Below, in pieces: positions 17,510-27,662 of a stretch of DNA of 64,000 nt (its first letter is position 1; every line of letters begins with the position of its first letter). Where the stretch lies: NCBI GenBank assembly GCA_030037335.1, contig JASHRN010000234.1, positions 19,371 through 83,370 on the forward strand, given 5' to 3'. Below the pieces are notes generated by a model. That model had not been told where the DNA came from and made no database searches. It saw only the letters and a list, made by a program, of their open reading frames with translations. Source of the stretch: Candidatus Acidiferrales bacterium. Lineage in GTDB: Bacteria; Acidobacteriota; Terriglobia; Acidiferrales; UBA7541. The position numbers were made by a program, and so were the translations under genes.

Positions 17510-18541
17510 CTATTTGATTCCGATCACCATGGAATCGGGGCCGACGAGATGCTCAACGCGAGTTTCTTTGAAGCCGGCTTCTTTCATCCAGCCAGTGCAA
17601 TCTGCGCCTGTGTAATCGAAACCGCCGGGTGTTTCGAGCAGCATGTTAAGACTCATCAGCAGGCCGAAGGCGTTCCCCGATCGCTGGTCGTCGATGATGG
17701 TGTCATAAACAATGAGCGCGCCACCTGTGGGAATCGCGTCGAACGCTTTGCGAATGAGCATCTTCTTTTCGTCCAGATTCCAGTCATGCAGAATGTGGCC
17801 CATCATCAGCACGTCGGCGCGCGGTAATGGATGTTCAAAGAAACTGCCGGTGTGAAAGGTGACGCGAGAAGAAAGCCCGTTTGCTGCGATGTACTCTTCG
17901 CAAATTGGCCGGACTTCGGGAAGGTCAAAACCGATGCCCGTCAAATGCGGATTGGCAAGCGCAACTTGCACGATCAAATCGCCCTGCGCGGTGCCGATAT
18001 CCGCAGCCGTCTTGTAGTTTTTCCAGGGAAACAGGCGCGCTATCGCGCGATTCGCCCCATTGCTGATGCCGGACATAGCTCTGAGAAATTGCTTCAGGCG
18101 TTCGGGATCTGCATACAGAGCCACAAAGGGGTTTGGGCCTCCACCCTTGGCTTCATTTTGAAGTTCGCCGGTGTGAAGAGCGGTAGTCAGGTTCGCCCAA
18201 ATGCCGTAATGTCGCGCATTCGCCATTTCGAGAATCCCGCCGATGTAGGAGGGCTTGCTCGTATCCAGAAACAAATCTGTCGACGGTGTATTTCTGTATT
18301 CGCCATTCGTGCGGGCGAGAAGACCCAGTGCAACCAGAGCGTCGAGAAAATCGTGCGCTGAGCGCGGATGCAGGTTGAGTTTTTCCGAAAGCGCTTGCAA
18401 TGTTGCTGGCTTCTTCGCCAATTCGGTGAACAAGCCCAGTTCGATGGCGCTGAACAGTGTCTTGGAGGCCCAGAAGCCAAACCCCACTTGCATGATGAGA
18501 GCCGGATCAGGCTGGTTCGTTGCGGCAGTGTGACTGTCCAT
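17510..18541 (-). CDS. SAM-dependent O-methyltransferase (class I, Methyltransf_2-like with dimerisation domain)
   Basis: 343 aa. Winged-helix dimerisation N-terminus, SAM motif [16 protein letters not shown] motif. Confidence 0.75.
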   Translation of the reverse strand: MDSHTAATNQPDPALIMQVGFGFWASKTLFSAIELGLFTELAKKPATLQALSEKLNLHPRSAHDFLDALVALGLLARTNGEYRNTPSTDLFLDTSKPSYIGGILEMANARHYGIWANLTTALHTGELQNEAKGGGPNPFVALYADPERLKQFLRAMSGISNGANRAIARLFPWKNYKTAADIGTAQGDLIVQVALANPHLTGIGFDLPEVRPICEEYIAANGLSSRVTFHTGSFFEHPLPRADVLMMGHILHDWNLDEKKMLIRKAFDAIPTGGALIVYDTIIDDQRSGNAFGLLMSLNMLLETPGGFDYTGADCTGWMKEAGFKETRVEHLVGPDSMVIGIK

Positions 18542-18670
18542 TGAATTTCGCTCCAGGATTTTGTGGCGCTGAGTATACGCATAGTTTTTTTGTGGCGCTA
18601 TGAATTTCTATACGATGCCGATGCGATTCGAGTGCTCTACGTCGGCGGTTAGCGGATGTGCTAAACTTTT

Positions 18671-19870
18671 TTGCTTATGAAAAGTACATTGCAAACATCC
18701 ATCACTCATCTGGAATGCTCCCGGTGCAAGAAAACTTACGTACACAATCAACTCCGCAATTTGTGCGATTGCGGCGGGCCATTGCTGGCGCGTTACGATC
18801 TGAAAGCGGCAGCGAAGACGCTGACAAGAGAGGCTCTGCGCTCGCGGCCCGCGACGATGTGGCGTTACGAAGAGGTGCTGCCGTCGCGCGAATGCGTCAC
18901 GCTCGGCGAAGGCATGACGGCCATGCTGCATGCCAAACGACTGGGAGACGCAATTGGTTTGCGCAAGCTGTATATCAAAGACGAGGGGCTCAACCCCACA
19001 GGCTCCTTCAAGGCGCGTGGGATGGCGGCAGCGGTGAGCCGCGCAAAGGAATTGGGAGCGAAGGCGCTCGCGACTCCGACCGCTGGAAACGCTGGCGGAG
19101 CTCTTGCGGCCTACGCAGCGCAGGCTGGAATTCCGGCGGTGATTGTGATGCCTGCCGATACTCCTCTCGCGAACGAAATGGAATGTCGTGCGTTCGGCGC
19201 GGATGTGCGCAAACTGAATGGACTGATTTCCGACTGCGGAAAATATGTTGCCGAAAACAAAGACAAGCATGGATGGTATGAGGTGACCACGCTGAAGGAG
19301 CCGTATCGCATCGAAGGCAAGAAGACCATGGGATACGAACTCTGGGAGCAATTCGAAGGGAAATTGCCCGACGTGATTATTTATCCCACGGGCGGCGGTG
19401 TTGGCATGATTGGAATGTGGAAAGCATTTGAGGAGATGGAAACGATGGGATGGATCGGTCGCGAGCGTCCGCGAATGGTGACTGTGCAGGCTTCGGGCTG
19501 CGCGCCGATTGTGGACGCTTTCGAAAAGGGAGAAGATTCGGCTCCGATGTGGCAGAACGCCGCGACGATTGCGTCCGGATTACGTGTTCCCAAAGCGCTC
19601 GGCGATTTTCTAATTTTGCAGGCGATTCGCGAAAGCAACGGAACCGCGGTCGCAGCTACGGATGACGAAATCCTCGCGACAAGCAAAGAACTGGCGGCGA
19701 AAGAGGGCATGTACGCGGCTCCTGAAGGAGCTGCTACGGTTGTGGCGGCGCGAAAGCTCGCGGCTAAGAAGTGGATCAAGCCGGACGAGACAGTCGTGCT
19801 GTTCAACACGGGCTGCGGCTACAAGTACAATGAAGCCTGGCAGAAGGCGTTAAACAACGGCAAAGTGTAA
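18671..19870 (+). CDS. thrC: Threonine synthase
   Basis: 399 aa. N-terminal Zn-ribbon-like CSRCKK...CDCGG. PLP-lysine motif NPTGSFKARG. Fold-type II PLP enzyme pattern. Confidence 0.8.
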   Translation: MLMKSTLQTSITHLECSRCKKTYVHNQLRNLCDCGGPLLARYDLKAAAKTLTREALRSRPATMWRYEEVLPSRECVTLGEGMTAMLHAKRLGDAIGLRKLYIKDEGLNPTGSFKARGMAAAVSRAKELGAKALATPTAGNAGGALAAYAAQAGIPAVIVMPADTPLANEMECRAFGADVRKLNGLISDCGKYVAENKDKHGWYEVTTLKEPYRIEGKKTMGYELWEQFEGKLPDVIIYPTGGGVGMIGMWKAFEEMETMGWIGRERPRMVTVQASGCAPIVDAFEKGEDSAPMWQNAATIASGLRVPKALGDFLILQAIRESNGTAVAATDDEILATSKELAAKEGMYAAPEGAATVVAARKLAAKKWIKPDETVVLFNTGCGYKYNEAWQKALNNGKV

Positions 19871-19876
19871 GGGCCG

Positions 19877-21100
19877 ATGAATCTGGCGAGCAAGCTGAGG
19901 AAAATGGCGACAGAGCGTTTGTATTACGACGACCCGTTCTTGTGCGAATTTGACGCTGCCGTGATTGCGTGCGAGCCGGTGGGAGACCGCTGGCACCTGC
20001 GGCTCGATCGCACCGCGTTTTATCCCACCTCCGGCGGACAGCCGTTTGATACCGGACGGCTGAATGATGTGGCAGTCATCGACGTATCGGATGAGCATGG
20101 CGATGAAATCGTGCACGTTGTCGAGCGGCAGATTGTCTCGCCTGAAGTTCATGGCGTTATCGACTGGCCTCGGCGTTTCGATCACATGCAGCAGCACACG
20201 GCGCAGCATATGCTCTCCGCCGCGTTCATCGAGTTGTTTGGATTTCAGACCGTTTCTTTTCACCTTGGACGCGACATCTCCACCATTGATCTAGCGACGC
20301 CTTCCGTCGTCGCGCGCCATTTGGAAGAGGCGGAGCGCCGCGTGAATGAAATCATCTTCGAAGACCGCGAAATCACCGTGCGTTACGGAACGGCGGAAGA
20401 ATTAGCGCAGGAAGGCATTCGCAAAAAAGTGGACCGCGAAGGAACGCTTCGCGTGATTGACATTGAGGGATTCGACCGCCAGCCGTGCGGCGGAACGCAT
20501 CTTTCGCGGACCGGTCAGGCAGGAATGCTGCTGCTCCGCAAATGTGAACGTCAAAAACAGAATTGGCGCGTGGAATTTGTCGCCGGTTTTCGAGCGTTGG
20601 CTGCGGCGCGCGGAGATTTAGCTGTGTTGCGAAGCGCGGCGGAAGAGATTGGGTGTGGAATGTCCGAGCTCCCGCAAATGATCGGAAAGATGCAAGAAGA
20701 ACGGCGCGCGAGCCAACGAGATGCAAAAAAGCTCACGGAACGTCTTGCGGAGCTCGAAGCAGCGCATCTGTTGGCGCGGAATGCGGAAAGCACTGCGAAT
20801 GGCTCGGCAAAAATTGTGAGCGCGATTTTCGATGATGCGGAACAGAGTTATCTAGCCATGCTCGCAGCAAAACTCACGGCAAGTCCTGGCGTACGGGCTG
20901 TGCTGGTTGGCCGTAGCGCTCAATGCATTGTGCTCACGCAATCAGCGGAACTTCCCGGCGATGCGGGCATGCTTCTGCGTGAATTGCTCGCGAAATTCGG
21001 CGGCAAAGGCGGCGGAAGCAAAGTTTTCGCGCAGGGAAGAGTCGGCGATGCGGCCGCGATCGATGAAATCGTCCATGAAGCACGCCGTCTTCTTGGTTAG
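19877..21100 (+). CDS. alaX: Alanyl-tRNA editing protein AlaX-L (AlaRS editing-domain homologue)
   Basis: 407 aa. HxxxH (HTAQHMLS) and CGGTH zinc motifs of the tRNA_SAD editing domain. C-terminal DHHA1-like segment FGGKGGG. Confidence 0.8.
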   Translation: MNLASKLRKMATERLYYDDPFLCEFDAAVIACEPVGDRWHLRLDRTAFYPTSGGQPFDTGRLNDVAVIDVSDEHGDEIVHVVERQIVSPEVHGVIDWPRRFDHMQQHTAQHMLSAAFIELFGFQTVSFHLGRDISTIDLATPSVVARHLEEAERRVNEIIFEDREITVRYGTAEELAQEGIRKKVDREGTLRVIDIEGFDRQPCGGTHLSRTGQAGMLLLRKCERQKQNWRVEFVAGFRALAAARGDLAVLRSAAEEIGCGMSELPQMIGKMQEERRASQRDAKKLTERLAELEAAHLLARNAESTANGSAKIVSAIFDDAEQSYLAMLAAKLTASPGVRAVLVGRSAQCIVLTQSAELPGDAGMLLRELLAKFGGKGGGSKVFAQGRVGDAAAIDEIVHEARRLLG

Positions 21101-21866
21101 CAGCCAATGGTTTTATGGGTGTACTGTGAGTGATGAAGTTCGGAATTTGGATCTTTCAGCCAAAACTTTTGAGGAGTTCATCCAATTTTTCTTCGCGCGT
21201 GAAGTTGTCACTTTAGATCCGCCGCTCGACCACCTTCCAGATGACGTGGTTCACAAAGGTCGGGACTTTGACGAAGCTGTGCCTTCTTTACCCGAAGTCT
21301 TACTCGGCTATTTGACACGCCTCTTCTCTGATTTTGGACGAATCGCGCCGAATTACTCGCCTAAACAAGTAAATCAGGCTATCTGGACGATATTAGGACC
21401 GGGGTTGGGCATGCCCGAGATCCTGTTCGATGCGGCGGTGCCTCTTTCGAAGCGATTGGACTGCATTCGTGCCATGTACCACGTTTATTCGGATTTCGTT
21501 GCTCTCCCCAAAGTAGAGGTAGTGGCAAACTCCTTCGACATGTGGTGGGACTTGCTGGCGCATAATTTCTGGTTTCAGCGCCGATTTTACGATCCTCGGA
21601 AATGCGCATTCGACATTGAATGGGGCGACGTGTCGAGGCTTGATAGCGAGTCACGGATGACGTTGGATATTATGTTTGAGACTCTGAACCGCATACTCGA
21701 GCTTCCGGACGTGAGGACGCAGATGTTCGCATTGCATGGGCTTGGACACCTTTGCCATCCTGACGTGAAGAAAATCGTGCAACGCTTCATCGACGAGCAC
21801 GAATCTGAGCTCACCGACGAAAGACGAAAGTGGATTGAGCAGTGCCGCGACGGAACGGTGATGTAG
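21075..21866 (+). CDS. Hypothetical protein (orphan, lower GC)
   Basis: The ORF-track frame is open from 20907 but overlaps alaX. Plausible starts are ATG 21075 or GTG 21126. No motif I recognise. Hand-counted GC of five 60-nt lines is about 40-52%, against about 58% for a neighbouring line. Confidence 0.5.
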   Translation: MKHAVFLVSSQWFYGCTVSDEVRNLDLSAKTFEEFIQFFFAREVVTLDPPLDHLPDDVVHKGRDFDEAVPSLPEVLLGYLTRLFSDFGRIAPNYSPKQVNQAIWTILGPGLGMPEILFDAAVPLSKRLDCIRAMYHVYSDFVALPKVEVVANSFDMWWDLLAHNFWFQRRFYDPRKCAFDIEWGDVSRLDSESRMTLDIMFETLNRILELPDVRTQMFALHGLGHLCHPDVKKIVQRFIDEHESELTDERRKWIEQCRDGTVM

Positions 21867-21934
21867 CACCGGGTTTTGCGTGTGGAGTCCCAATTGGTAG
21901 GTAGTCGCACGTCTGCTAAAATAATTGCCTCGGT

Positions 21935-22010
21935 GGGCGGCTAGCTCAGCTGGGAGAGCATCGCGTTCGCAACGCGGGGGTCGGGGGTTCGAATCCCCTG
22001 CCGTCCACCA
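21935..22010 (+). tRNA. tRNA-Ala (anticodon CGC)
   Basis: 76 nt. Acceptor stem GGGCGGC/GCCGTCC with the G3:U70 alanine identity pair. D-arm GCTCAGCTGGGAGAGC, anticodon loop TTCGCAA, T-arm GGGGGTTCGAATCCCC, encoded CCA. Confidence 0.95.
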
Positions 22011-22358
22011 ATCCTTTCAATTCAATCACTTGTGAATTCTCCGGCTGAATTTGGCTCGCGAAGTTGCCGCCAAAGTTCCGTCCGCCTCGCGGTGCGACCT
22101 TGGTCTCTGCTCCCGGCCGCCAAACTAAAGAACAAAAGGAAAAAAACTCTTGACAGTCCCAGAGATTGAGGAGTATTGCCGCTTGAGGCACACGAGAAGA
22201 ACACGACACTATAGACGGTCTAAGAGTCGCTACGCTACCGTTCAAGCGAAGCGCGGCTGTCTACGCCAGCCGAAGGCGTAACTACAGGTGAACTGCGGTT
22301 AAGCTGCGAGACGAGAAGGAACTGAACTTTCGTCTCGACTGAGAAAGGTGGAGAACCG

Positions 22359-25300
22359 ATGCGCGATCCGAAGTGGTACCAATGGGCGCTAGCGGTGTTG
22401 GTCCTGCTCACGTTCCTGGCGCCGATGGCACGTGCGCAGACAGCTAGCTCGCTGAACGGCAGGATAGTCGACCCGTCGGGCGCTGCCGTGCCCAATGCGA
22501 AGATTACGCTTACCAACAACGCCACCGGTTCGGTACGCACGACGTCCAGTAATGCTCAAGGGCTCTATGAGTTTCTTGCGGTGCCACCTGGGGACTACAG
22601 CCTGCAAGCGGCCGCCCCTGGATTTTCCAACTACTTGGCGCAGCACGTGACTCTGCTGGTCAGCACCGCTTCGACAGTGAACGTAGCGCTGGGTCTCGCG
22701 AAGGTGGCCTCGGAGGTCGTCGTCAAGGGTAACACCGTACCGCTGGTCAACCGCACCGACGCATCCCTGGGCAACGTGATCGAACAGGACCAATTGGCGC
22801 AACTTCCGATTGCCGGCCGGGATGTGGCTAACCTGCTCAGCCTGCAAGCCGGCGTGGTCTACTTGGGCAGCCAGTTGAATACTTCCATCACCGACACGCG
22901 CAGCGGCGCGTCGAACGGCCTCCGCAGCGATCAAAATAACATCACGCTCGACGGCGCCGACATCAACGACGTAAACAACGGCTTCGCCTTTACGGGCGTG
23001 CTGAACGTCCCCATCGATTCGGTTGAGGAATACCGTGTGACGACGGCCAATGCCAACGCCACCTTAGGTTATTCCAGCGGCTCCCAAGAGATGATGGTCA
23101 CCAAATCCGGCACGAACCACTACCATGGTTCTCTATATGAATACAATCGCAACACCATCTTCAGCGCCAATGATCCGTTCCTGAAGGGGTCGGAGGGAGC
23201 CAGCGGACAACCCAACACGCCGCCCGAGCTCCTGCAGAATTTTTTCGGCGGGACCATCGGTGGCCCCATCGTGCACAATCGCTTGTTCTTTTTTGCCAAC
23301 TACGAAGGCCAGCGGGACGCCCAGGGCCAGAGCGAGCTGCGGTATGTGCCCACCGCGTCGCTAAAAGATGGCATCATCCAATACCAGTGTGCTGATAGCA
23401 CTCAGTGTCCGGGTGGAACCACGCTGGGGAATAGCGGAAAGAGCTATCCTGTTGCAGCGGGCAATTTCGCGCTCTCCCAGGCTCAGGGTCAACTACAGGC
23501 GATGGACCCGAATCACATCGGAGCGGATCCAGCAATCTTGCAACTGCTGCAGCAATATCCGAACCCAAACGACACCACTGTGGGCGACGGCCTGAACATT
23601 GAAGGGTACCGCTTTTCTTCCAACTCGGATTCCCGGTACGACACATTCATCACTCGGCTCGACTACCAAATCACGCGAAACGGCTCCGAGACCATCTTCT
23701 GGCGTGGGCAGACCCAGAACAACAAGGTGCCCGGAGCGCAGGAATTTCCCGGCCAAATAGCGCAGACCACGCTGCTCGACGGCAGCAAGGCCTCGATTGT
23801 TGGCCTGACCTCGGTGCTTTCATCGAGCAAGGTGAACACTTTCCACTGGGACTTTATACGACAGGCCGATACGAATGCCGGCGCGTCGCTCCTGCCTGCG
23901 GTGCTCCTGTCCGGCGTGAGTCAACTTACCCCTACCACCCGCTCGACAGCTTATATCGTTCCCGTCAACGAGCTGAACGAGAACCTGAACTGGATACGCG
24001 GCAACCACACCATGAGTTTCGGCACTAACCTGTTCATCATTCGCGATAACCGCGTGAGCTATGCCAAGTCTTTTTCGGATGCGTCGATGAATCTGGCGTA
24101 TTTGAATACGACGGGCATCATTTGCACCTCAGATTTGTCCAGCCCTCTCAACCCCGCGAACAATGGCTTTCCTGCCGTGAACAGTGACTTCGGCTGTAGC
24201 GGCTACGATCCGGCGGCGATGCTCATGTACGGCATCCTGGCCGAAGGTGACGGCTTTTACAACTATACCCCCAAGGGTACTGCTCTTGCGCAGGGCGCTC
24301 CCGTTGATCGCAACTATGCGCTGAACGATTACGAATTTTACGGTCAGGACGCTTGGCGCGTTACGCCGAACCTGACCTTCACCTATGGCCTGCGCTATGT
24401 GCTTGAGGCTCCGCCTTACGAAACCAACGGGGCAGAGGTCATTCCCTGCGTCTTGACCGCAAGTAACGGCTGTTCGGGGCAATACCTCGGTGATTGGATG
24501 GAAAAATCCGCTCAGCTTGCCAGCCAAGGGATGCCAGCCATTGATGCCGGTGAGCTCGGGTTCTTTTTGGGCGGCCCGGCGAATCATGGGCCGGGCTTCT
24601 GGAATTGGGATTACGACGACTTTTCGCCGCGCTTGGCCTTGGCTTGGGCGCCGGACACCGGAGAGGGATGGCTCTCAAAGATCTTCGGCCGTAAGAACCA
24701 GTTTTCGATTCGCGGCGGGTACAGTATCGTCTACGACCATTTTGGAATGCCGATCGTCAACACTTTCGATCAGAACGGTTCGTTTGGACTGACGAGCGAC
24801 ATCGGTAACGCTGCCGGAGCCAGCGGCAATACGGTGCAAGCCCTGCCGCGTTTCACTTGTGCTACCTGCCTGCCACCGCCGTGCCCCTCCCTCGGCGCGC
24901 CCGGATGCATACTGGAAACCCCGCCACCGGGCGGCTTTCCCGTGATTCCCAGCGACTCGAACTTTGCCATCAACTGGGGCTTGGACTCATCGCTCAAAAC
25001 TCCTTATGCCAATGAGTTCAATTTGACTCTCACGCGCGAATTCGGCCAGAGCTCTTCCTTACAAATCGCCTACGTCGGAACGGTCGGCCGCCGCTTGCCT
25101 ATGCAGGTGGATGAGGCCATGCCAACCGATTTCAGGGACCCGGCGAGCAATACGGATTACTTCACGGCGGCGACAATGTTGTCGAAAGAAGTTGCAGAGG
25201 GTGTACCGACTTCTCAGGTTCAGCCCATTCCCTTCTGGCAGGATGTCTTCCCAGCGTGGAGCACCGTTACGCAAAGCTATCTGGATGGGCAAGGGCTCAA

Positions 25301-26330
25301 CTGCATCGGAGACGATGATCCCGGCGCGCTCACCGCCACGCAGGCTATTTACGATTTTTGGTCCTGCCAAGAGCACGACGAGACGTTCAATCTGTTTATT
25401 CTCGACACACCCAGCTCGGTTTCGGGATATTCCGTCCCCAACAGTAAGTTCGGCCCGTACACATTTTTCCACAACCAGTTCAGCTCCCTCACTGCTTGGA
25501 GAAATATCGGCACCTCCGACTACAACGCCCTGCAAGCGACTTACAACGTTCGTTGGAGCGATAACCTCATCAGCCAGTTCAATTACACTTTCTCGAAATC
25601 CCTCGATGAAGTTTCCGACGCAGGCCGTATCGGCGCGTGGGAGGGCAGCGGCGGCACCGGTAACGACGATAATGGTGGCGGGATCGTCATCAATACTTGG
25701 GCTCCGCTGAGTCTGCGCGGTCTGTCGAGCTTCAATGCCTTCGATCAAATCAATGCCAACTGGGTTTATCGCCTGCCGTTTGGTAAAGGCCAGATGCTTG
25801 CCGGGAATGTCCACTCTTGGCTGAATGAATTGATTGGTGGCTGGCAGTTCTCTGGGCTATTTCGCTGGACCACCGGATTTCCCACGTCGGTGGATAACGG
25901 CGGTTTCTGGCCCACCAACTGGAATATCGAAGGCTTGGCCATGCCCGTCGTCAATGGGCAACTCCCTGAAGCATCCAACCCCAGCAACGCCTACGTGGGT
26001 GGTCAGCCTATCGGTCCGGACATTTTCGCGAATCCCACCGCCGCAGAGGCTGACTTCCGACACAGTTGGCCCGGCGAATCAGGCACGCGAGACGAAATTA
26101 TCGGTGACGGGATGTTCGACATCGATACCGGCTTGGCCAAAGATTTCTCGCTTGGCGAGGCGCGCAAGGTGGAATTCAGCTGGCAGACTTTTAACCTGAC
26201 CAACTCAGTGCGCTACGACGTGCAAGACGCCATGCCGACGCTCAGCGAGATTCCCAGCCAGTTCGGGCGATACACATCCACTATGACTCAGCCGCGATTC
26301 ATGCAGTTCGCCCTGCGTTTCTCTTTCTGA
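22359..26330 (+). CDS. TonB-dependent outer-membrane receptor with N-terminal carboxypeptidase-regulatory-like domain
   Basis: 1323 aa. Signal peptide ...APMARAQT. CarboxypepD_reg-like LNGRIVDPSGAAVPNAKITLTNNATG...GDYSL. Long beta-barrel-type sequence ending in the aromatic residues ...FALRFSF. Confidence 0.85.
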   Translation: MRDPKWYQWALAVLVLLTFLAPMARAQTASSLNGRIVDPSGAAVPNAKITLTNNATGSVRTTSSNAQGLYEFLAVPPGDYSLQAAAPGFSNYLAQHVTLLVSTASTVNVALGLAKVASEVVVKGNTVPLVNRTDASLGNVIEQDQLAQLPIAGRDVANLLSLQAGVVYLGSQLNTSITDTRSGASNGLRSDQNNITLDGADINDVNNGFAFTGVLNVPIDSVEEYRVTTANANATLGYSSGSQEMMVTKSGTNHYHGSLYEYNRNTIFSANDPFLKGSEGASGQPNTPPELLQNFFGGTIGGPIVHNRLFFFANYEGQRDAQGQSELRYVPTASLKDGIIQYQCADSTQCPGGTTLGNSGKSYPVAAGNFALSQAQGQLQAMDPNHIGADPAILQLLQQYPNPNDTTVGDGLNIEGYRFSSNSDSRYDTFITRLDYQITRNGSETIFWRGQTQNNKVPGAQEFPGQIAQTTLLDGSKASIVGLTSVLSSSKVNTFHWDFIRQADTNAGASLLPAVLLSGVSQLTPTTRSTAYIVPVNELNENLNWIRGNHTMSFGTNLFIIRDNRVSYAKSFSDASMNLAYLNTTGIICTSDLSSPLNPANNGFPAVNSDFGCSGYDPAAMLMYGILAEGDGFYNYTPKGTALAQGAPVDRNYALNDYEFYGQDAWRVTPNLTFTYGLRYVLEAPPYETNGAEVIPCVLTASNGCSGQYLGDWMEKSAQLASQGMPAIDAGELGFFLGGPANHGPGFWNWDYDDFSPRLALAWAPDTGEGWLSKIFGRKNQFSIRGGYSIVYDHFGMPIVNTFDQNGSFGLTSDIGNAAGASGNTVQALPRFTCATCLPPPCPSLGAPGCILETPPPGGFPVIPSDSNFAINWGLDSSLKTPYANEFNLTLTREFGQSSSLQIAYVGTVGRRLPMQVDEAMPTDFRDPASNTDYFTAATMLSKEVAEGVPTSQVQPIPFWQDVFPAWSTVTQSYLDGQGLNCIGDDDPGALTATQAIYDFWSCQEHDETFNLFILDTPSSVSGYSVPNSKFGPYTFFHNQFSSLTAWRNIGTSDYNALQATYNVRWSDNLISQFNYTFSKSLDEVSDAGRIGAWEGSGGTGNDDNGGGIVINTWAPLSLRGLSSFNAFDQINANWVYRLPFGKGQMLAGNVHSWLNELIGGWQFSGLFRWTTGFPTSVDNGGFWPTNWNIEGLAMPVVNGQLPEASNPSNAYVGGQPIGPDIFANPTAAEADFRHSWPGESGTRDEIIGDGMFDIDTGLAKDFSLGEARKVEFSWQTFNLTNSVRYDVQDAMPTLSEIPSQFGRYTSTMTQPRFMQFALRFSF

Positions 26331-26646
26331 GAGACGACGAAGAGGGCGACTCGCGGCCCGGACAACCCCAAAGGACGCCCTGCGGCCTTTTCCCAGCGGA
26401 TACTTCCATTTTGGGATACCTTGGCCGTCTGAGCAGCAGGAAATTGCTGGTGTTTGGTATTGCAGTTGTGTTATCCATCATGCCGATGTTCAGTGAGCCG
26501 CGTTCGTCGCATTTGTTAGTCTCGCCGCATACGCTGTTTTCTCTTCTGAGTTATACCGCGAGCTACTTTTAACCCGACCCTCCAGCCTGATGCGCCTCTT
26601 TTGCGAGGGGTGTTTTTGATGTTCGATTGAAGGGGAGGGCGAAAAC

Positions 26647-27633
26647 ATGAGTTCGCATTCCGAGGGTCCGGTCAGCGCGTTTATGAAGCATCATTACCGC
26701 CATTTCAACGCGGCGGTGGTCATCGACGCGAGCGAGAGCTACAAGGCCTTGCTAGTGAGCGGCGGGAAAATGTTCCTGACGCTGGCGGGAGCAATGAGTA
26801 CAGCGGAGTTGGGATTGTCCCTCGCAGCGATGATTCGCCAGGATAAGATTCACGGCATCTGTTGCACCGGAGCAAACCTGGAAGAGGATCTTTATAATCT
26901 CGTCGCTCACAATCACTACAAGCGCGTTCCGCATTACCGGCATCTCGCGCCACAGCAGGAAGCCGATCTTTTGGAGCAGCACCTAAATCGCGTGACCGAT
27001 ACGTGTATTCCCGAAGAAGAGGCGATGCGGCGGATTGAGCGCGTAGTGATGGAGGAGTGGCATGCTGCGGACAAAGCGCAAGAGCGATTTTTTCCGCATG
27101 AATTTCTCTTCAAGATTTTGCGCGAGGGGAAACTGAAGCAATTTTACGAGATCGACCCAAAAGATAGCTGGATGCTGGCTGCTGCGGAGAAACAACTGCC
27201 CGTATTTGTACCTGGGTGGGAAGATTCCACGCTGGGCAACATGTACGCTGCGCAGGTGATCGGCGGCAAAGTGAAGAATGCCACAACGACACGCAGCGGT
27301 GTCGAATACATGATTGAACTGGCGCGCTGGTACACGGAAACCACAAAGCAAAGCCCGCTTGGATTTTTCCAAATCGGCGGCGGCATCGCCGGGGACTTTC
27401 CGATTTGTGTCGTTCCCATGTTGCATCAGGACCTTCGGCGCGAAAATGTGCCGCTATGGGCGTACTTCTGCCAGATTAGCGACTCGACGACGAGCTATGG
27501 CTCCTATTCCGGAGCCGTGCCGAACGAGAAGATCACCTGGGGCAAACTCGGTCCCGACACGCCGCGATTCATCATCGAATCCGACGCGACGATTGTTGCG
27601 CCCCTGATATTTGCCTATGTGCTTGATTGGTAG
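26647..27633 (+). CDS. Deoxyhypusine synthase-like (homospermidine synthase-like) protein
   Basis: 328 aa. Overall resemblance to the DHS family (FLTLAGAMSTAELGL...CTGANLEEDL...GGGIAGDFPIC). Recalled similarity, not verified. Confidence 0.55.
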   Translation: MSSHSEGPVSAFMKHHYRHFNAAVVIDASESYKALLVSGGKMFLTLAGAMSTAELGLSLAAMIRQDKIHGICCTGANLEEDLYNLVAHNHYKRVPHYRHLAPQQEADLLEQHLNRVTDTCIPEEEAMRRIERVVMEEWHAADKAQERFFPHEFLFKILREGKLKQFYEIDPKDSWMLAAAEKQLPVFVPGWEDSTLGNMYAAQVIGGKVKNATTTRSGVEYMIELARWYTETTKQSPLGFFQIGGGIAGDFPICVVPMLHQDLRRENVPLWAYFCQISDSTTSYGSYSGAVPNEKITWGKLGPDTPRFIIESDATIVAPLIFAYVLDW

Positions 27634-27662
27634 ATCGCTATGCTTATTGAAGTTGAGGAAAA

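Noticed and set aside
21867-22358. A tRNA-Ala-associated genomic island downstream of the tRNA.
   Set aside because: I saw no integrase gene and no direct repeat of the tRNA 3' end downstream. The next gene is an ordinary TonB-dependent receptor with the local GC content.
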